From assembly GCA_963663545.1 (NCBI GenBank), contig OY760505.1:96001-160000 (forward strand): a stretch of DNA of 64,000 bases. The letters are read 5' to 3'. The stretch is from Candidatus Delongbacteria bacterium. Its GTDB lineage: Bacteria > CAIWAD01. Under the pieces are notes generated by a model. The model was not told the DNA's origin. It did no database searches and saw nothing but the letters and a program-made list of their open reading frames with translations. The translations under genes and the position numbers were made by a program. Below, one piece after another: positions 60,775 to 64,000 of the stretch. Within the stretch, counting starts at the first letter, position 1. Each line of letters begins with the position of its first letter.

Positions 60775-61649
60775 AAAAGGTCTCCTACTAGCGCAGCGAT
60801 GAGAAAGCTGAGGACGCCCATCAGCATCGCCAGGCGCAAACGATGAATCAAGGCCGCGAGCCGCTCTTTGACCGGGCCTCCGCCGCGAAGCAAATCCCAC
60901 AACAACAGGACTCCGACGCCAGCGCAGAACAGCAGTGCCACACGCTCTGGCACGCTGCGCTCAGCAAAGAGTCCGTAGCCGATGGCGTAAAGCGGTGCCT
61001 GCACCAGGAACAGCGCACCCACCTGGGAAAGCTCTCGTTTGTCCAACAATGCGGCCAGACTCTTGCGTCCTACCCGTTGGTCGGCGTCCATGTCCTGCGC
61101 GTCCTTCAATAGCTCCCGCGACATGCTAAGTACGAAAGCCAGAAAGGCTACGTCCCAGGCTGCGCGCAGACTACCTCTCACCAGGGCCCCCAGGAGCAGG
61201 CTGGCACCGCAGAGCGCGGCCACCACCAGATTGGCAATACCGGGAATCTTCACCAGCAGAAAAGCGTAGCTGGCGAGTATCAGTAGGCAAGCCAGCACAA
61301 AAACACCCGGCGCGAATGGCAGCAACAAGGCCAGAGATGCAGCCAAAGCCGCAAAGAGCGAAGCAGCGATCCAGACTTGTTTCCGTCGCAGGGCGCCACT
61401 GGGTAGGGCGCGCTCGCTATGGGCGATACGGTCCAGCTTCTCATCCGCCAGATCGTTCCATAGGTTTCCCGCTGCCAGGGCACACGCACAGGATAGTGCC
61501 GCCACCCACACATGCGCGCTGAGCAGCGCCTGTCCGCCCATGGCCAGCACAGCGCCTGTGTGCACTGCCAGAAATGCGATCAGCAGATTGGGTGGTCGCA
61601 GACTGCGCCAGAAGGCCGATAGACGAGTTATAGATGCGGGTATGCTCAT
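60771..61649 (-). CDS. UbiA-family prenyltransferase (DGGGP-synthase-like)
   Basis: RPPN, GNLWNDLAD..LD...RALPSG and RELLKDAQDMDAD; multiple TM segments. Confidence 0.8.
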   Translation of the reverse strand: MSIPASITRLSAFWRSLRPPNLLIAFLAVHTGAVLAMGGQALLSAHVWVAALSCACALAAGNLWNDLADEKLDRIAHSERALPSGALRRKQVWIAASLFAALAASLALLLPFAPGVFVLACLLILASYAFLLVKIPGIANLVVAALCGASLLLGALVRGSLRAAWDVAFLAFVLSMSRELLKDAQDMDADQRVGRKSLAALLDKRELSQVGALFLVQAPLYAIGYGLFAERSVPERVALLFCAGVGVLLLWDLLRGGGPVKERLAALIHRLRLAMLMGVLSFLIAALVGDLL

Positions 61650-61659
61650 TTGTGATCCA

Positions 61660-63378
61660 TCAAAACCGGGTCAGCAGTCGCAGGTGCAGCATTCCGCGAC
61701 TCAGTTTCGTGCTTTCGCCCAGTGCGTACTGTAGCTCAAGTTGTCCACCGGCCGCCGGCAGTACCAGGGCCACTCCGCGCCCATGAGTTCGCTGATTGGT
61801 CGCCGACGGCGTGTTCCAGATCAGACTGTCCCAAAACACGGCAACACGGCTGCGCGGCCCAAGCAGGTAGCGTAGCTCGAGTTGACCTAACAGCCAGGAC
61901 TCGGCAAACAGCGATTGCTCGCGCCATCCGCGCGGACCAGCAGTGCCGCCCAAAGTAAAAAACTCATCCACGGGTAGAGTGCCGTCCCCACTCAATAGTC
62001 CCCCGCCCAGACTTGGCTGAAGCACTACACGTGGCCTCAGCGGATACCAGAGCTTCAGCCGCATCTGTTGCCGGTTCAGCGTACTTGATTCTCCCAGCGG
62101 AGGCAGGTTTTTGTACTCTTTCGTCTGGCGTTGAATACGCTCCCAGCCCAGCGAAGCCATCCAGCCCAGACGCGGATTTCGCGGATCATCACGTCGATCA
62201 GCCTCGATACCACCTCCCAGAACCAGGCTACTGGAACGGTCCACTCTGCGCATGACGCGCCCATTCAGGCTGTCCGGCAGTACTTCCTGCTGATAAAGGG
62301 ACGCCGACAGACTGAGCCATAACAGCAGGTCATAGTCCAGCTCGATACCCGCCGAGCGTTTCAGCCAAGAACTATCCTGGATCTGCTGCCGCATCTCCAG
62401 CGAGGCCGCCAGCGGTTGCCCGAAGAGAAAGGGCTCACGGTACTTGAACTGCAATTCCTGTGATACACCGTCGGGGCGGCTTCCTAGAAGATTCAGCCGA
62501 CGCCCGGTTCCCAGAATGTTATCCAGGTCGAGTTGCAGATGGAAAGCGAAGCGGCTGCCTTTCTCGTCCGTATCCGGAATCAATCCCGCCATGCCGTCAA
62601 AATGGTAGGCGGGTAGTTCGTCTAGCTCGACCAGGACGAGTTCGCCCTCAGGGCCACGGCACAGAGTAGGCCCCTGCACCTGCTGGAACCAGCCCGTTGC
62701 CAACAGACGGCGATTTGCATCACGCGCTCGCACCGGATCCCAGCGCATGCCCTCCTTGAGACGACTCAGGCGCAGCAGTGTTGACTCACGACTCATCTTC
62801 TGTCCGCGAAAGAGAACGCGCTGCAATAGCACCGGGTCGATGTGACTGAGCTGGAAATCCAGTTCCAGGCTAAGATCCTCGCCTGCGGGCCACAGACGCA
62901 TTTCACGCAGGCTGAGTGTGCTTAGGGCGCGGCCTTCTTGTTCGAGGTGATACAAGATCTCGTCGATTGCCTGCAGGAGCCGCGCTCCGTTTACGGGGCG
63001 TCCCTCACGGAACCAGCGTGATACAGGCGGAAAGTCGACCGGAGCACCGTCGATCTTTACGCGTCCCAGCAGGAGTTGCTTCCCCTCGTCCAGAGTGAGA
63101 GACACGATGCGCAGGGTGTGCTCGGCTGCGCAGACACTGTCCACATGTAAACTGCAGAAAGGATAACCCTCTACGGCGTAGACATCCAGCAGACTGTCTC
63201 CCAGGGCCAACCATTCGGATTGACTCATTGTATCACCGGCATGCAGCAATTCCCGCAGGCGGGATGTGCTGAAGTACTTACTACCCGTGATACGCAGGTC
63301 CGCGTTGACCGTGATACTCGACGCGAAGACCCCGTTCAGGACAATCAACATGAAGACTATGTGATACAGCATGCGCAT
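61660..63378 (-). CDS. BamA/TamA (Omp85) family outer membrane protein
   Basis: POTRA-like segments, NILGTGR, LGG..PRGW and C-terminal Phe. Confidence 0.75.
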   Translation of the reverse strand: MRMLYHIVFMLIVLNGVFASSITVNADLRITGSKYFSTSRLRELLHAGDTMSQSEWLALGDSLLDVYAVEGYPFCSLHVDSVCAAEHTLRIVSLTLDEGKQLLLGRVKIDGAPVDFPPVSRWFREGRPVNGARLLQAIDEILYHLEQEGRALSTLSLREMRLWPAGEDLSLELDFQLSHIDPVLLQRVLFRGQKMSRESTLLRLSRLKEGMRWDPVRARDANRRLLATGWFQQVQGPTLCRGPEGELVLVELDELPAYHFDGMAGLIPDTDEKGSRFAFHLQLDLDNILGTGRRLNLLGSRPDGVSQELQFKYREPFLFGQPLAASLEMRQQIQDSSWLKRSAGIELDYDLLLWLSLSASLYQQEVLPDSLNGRVMRRVDRSSSLVLGGGIEADRRDDPRNPRLGWMASLGWERIQRQTKEYKNLPPLGESSTLNRQQMRLKLWYPLRPRVVLQPSLGGGLLSGDGTLPVDEFFTLGGTAGPRGWREQSLFAESWLLGQLELRYLLGPRSRVAVFWDSLIWNTPSATNQRTHGRGVALVLPAAGGQLELQYALGESTKLSRGMLHLRLLTRF

Positions 63379-64000
63379 CAGAAGAAAGCCTGTATCTGCG
63401 CCCGTGCCGTGTGAATGGCGGGGCGGTCCGGGAGTTGATTCATACGCCAGGAAAGAGTCAGTCGCGATTGTCTGCCAAGTTGAAAACTCCCCTCAAGTCC
63501 CGTGCGCAACGTGCGCCCCACGCGCCCTCCGCTTAACAGCTCATAGGGCAGTACATCTTCATCGGACCAGACCTGCTGCAAACTACAGTCGGCACGCAGT
63601 GTACCCCTTTCTCCCGGACGCCACTCCAGCACGGGGTGCAAGGTGGCGCGTCGTCCTCGCTGTTGCTGGTTTTCCTCGATGCCCTGTTCCAGATCCAGAT
63701 CCGTGCGCAGGCTTAGGCTCTTGGTCAGCTCGCGATCCCATTGGGTGCTGATCATCCAGGCGCGCACCCGGCGGTCGGATTCCGGATAAGCCGGGTAGGT
63801 TTTGCGCTGCACGCGCAGGCTAAGTTCGAGTGAGTAACGATTGGCACCGTGCCGCCAACGGGCGCGCAGTGCACTTTTACGCAGCAGACCCCGCAGTGGA
63901 TTCACTAGCTGAAGCTGATCCAGGCTGTGCTGTTCTTCGTAGCGCAGGCGCCAACTCAGGCTTTTCTCACCACCGGGACGCCATTCTAGATCCTGCCCAA
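63378..64000 (-). CDS. C-terminal part of a probable outer-membrane beta-barrel protein (5' end outside window)
   Basis: Frame stays open from 63378 to the window edge; amphipathic strands; ends QIQAFF. Confidence 0.6.
   Translation of the reverse strand, partial: GQDLEWRPGGEKSLSWRLRYEEQHSLDQLQLVNPLRGLLRKSALRARWRHGANRYSLELSLRVQRKTYPAYPESDRRVRAWMISTQWDRELTKSLSLRTDLDLEQGIEENQQQRGRRATLHPVLEWRPGERGTLRADCSLQQVWSDEDVLPYELLSGGRVGRTLRTGLEGSFQLGRQSRLTLSWRMNQLPDRPAIHTARAQIQAFF

Overview
A GC-rich chromosomal segment of a diderm bacterium. The LpxC-FabZ fusion, the bamA-skp-lpxD-lpxC/fabZ-lpxA cluster and a PNPFNP-type C-terminal sorting domain suggest the FCB superphylum (inference). It holds about 57 densely packed, mostly housekeeping CDSs and a tRNA-Phe. 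Genes lie on the + strand up to about 33.9 kb (accD, surE, guaA, glmS, uppP, holA, ECF sigma/anti-sigma, nucleotide-sugar enzymes, methylmalonyl-CoA mutase with MeaB, an M6 protease, pyrK-pyrD). After that they lie almost all on the - strand (rlpA, Na/Pi cotransporter with two PhoU-like genes, rpe, rsmB, lipoyl ligase family, lpx/bam cluster, rsmE, a two-component pair, maf, a UbiA-family enzyme). No phage, IS, integrase, reverse transcriptase or cas gene was recognised. Three non-genic signals stand out. (1) A 28-bp XerCD dif-like site at 41393-41420, which with the convergent gene orientation suggests the window spans the replication terminus. (2) A strongly over-represented heptamer GTGATAC/GTATCAC, part of a degenerate palindrome GTRWYAC, with about 60 copies counted by eye and mostly beyond 26.9 kb; it is a candidate Ter-organising, HIP1-like or uptake-type signal. 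(3) A 71-bp-period tandem array between lpxA and the lipoyl ligase gene that looks CRISPR-like but forms two ATGA-coupled 24-aa mini-ORFs. All calls come from reading the sequence; no searches were run.
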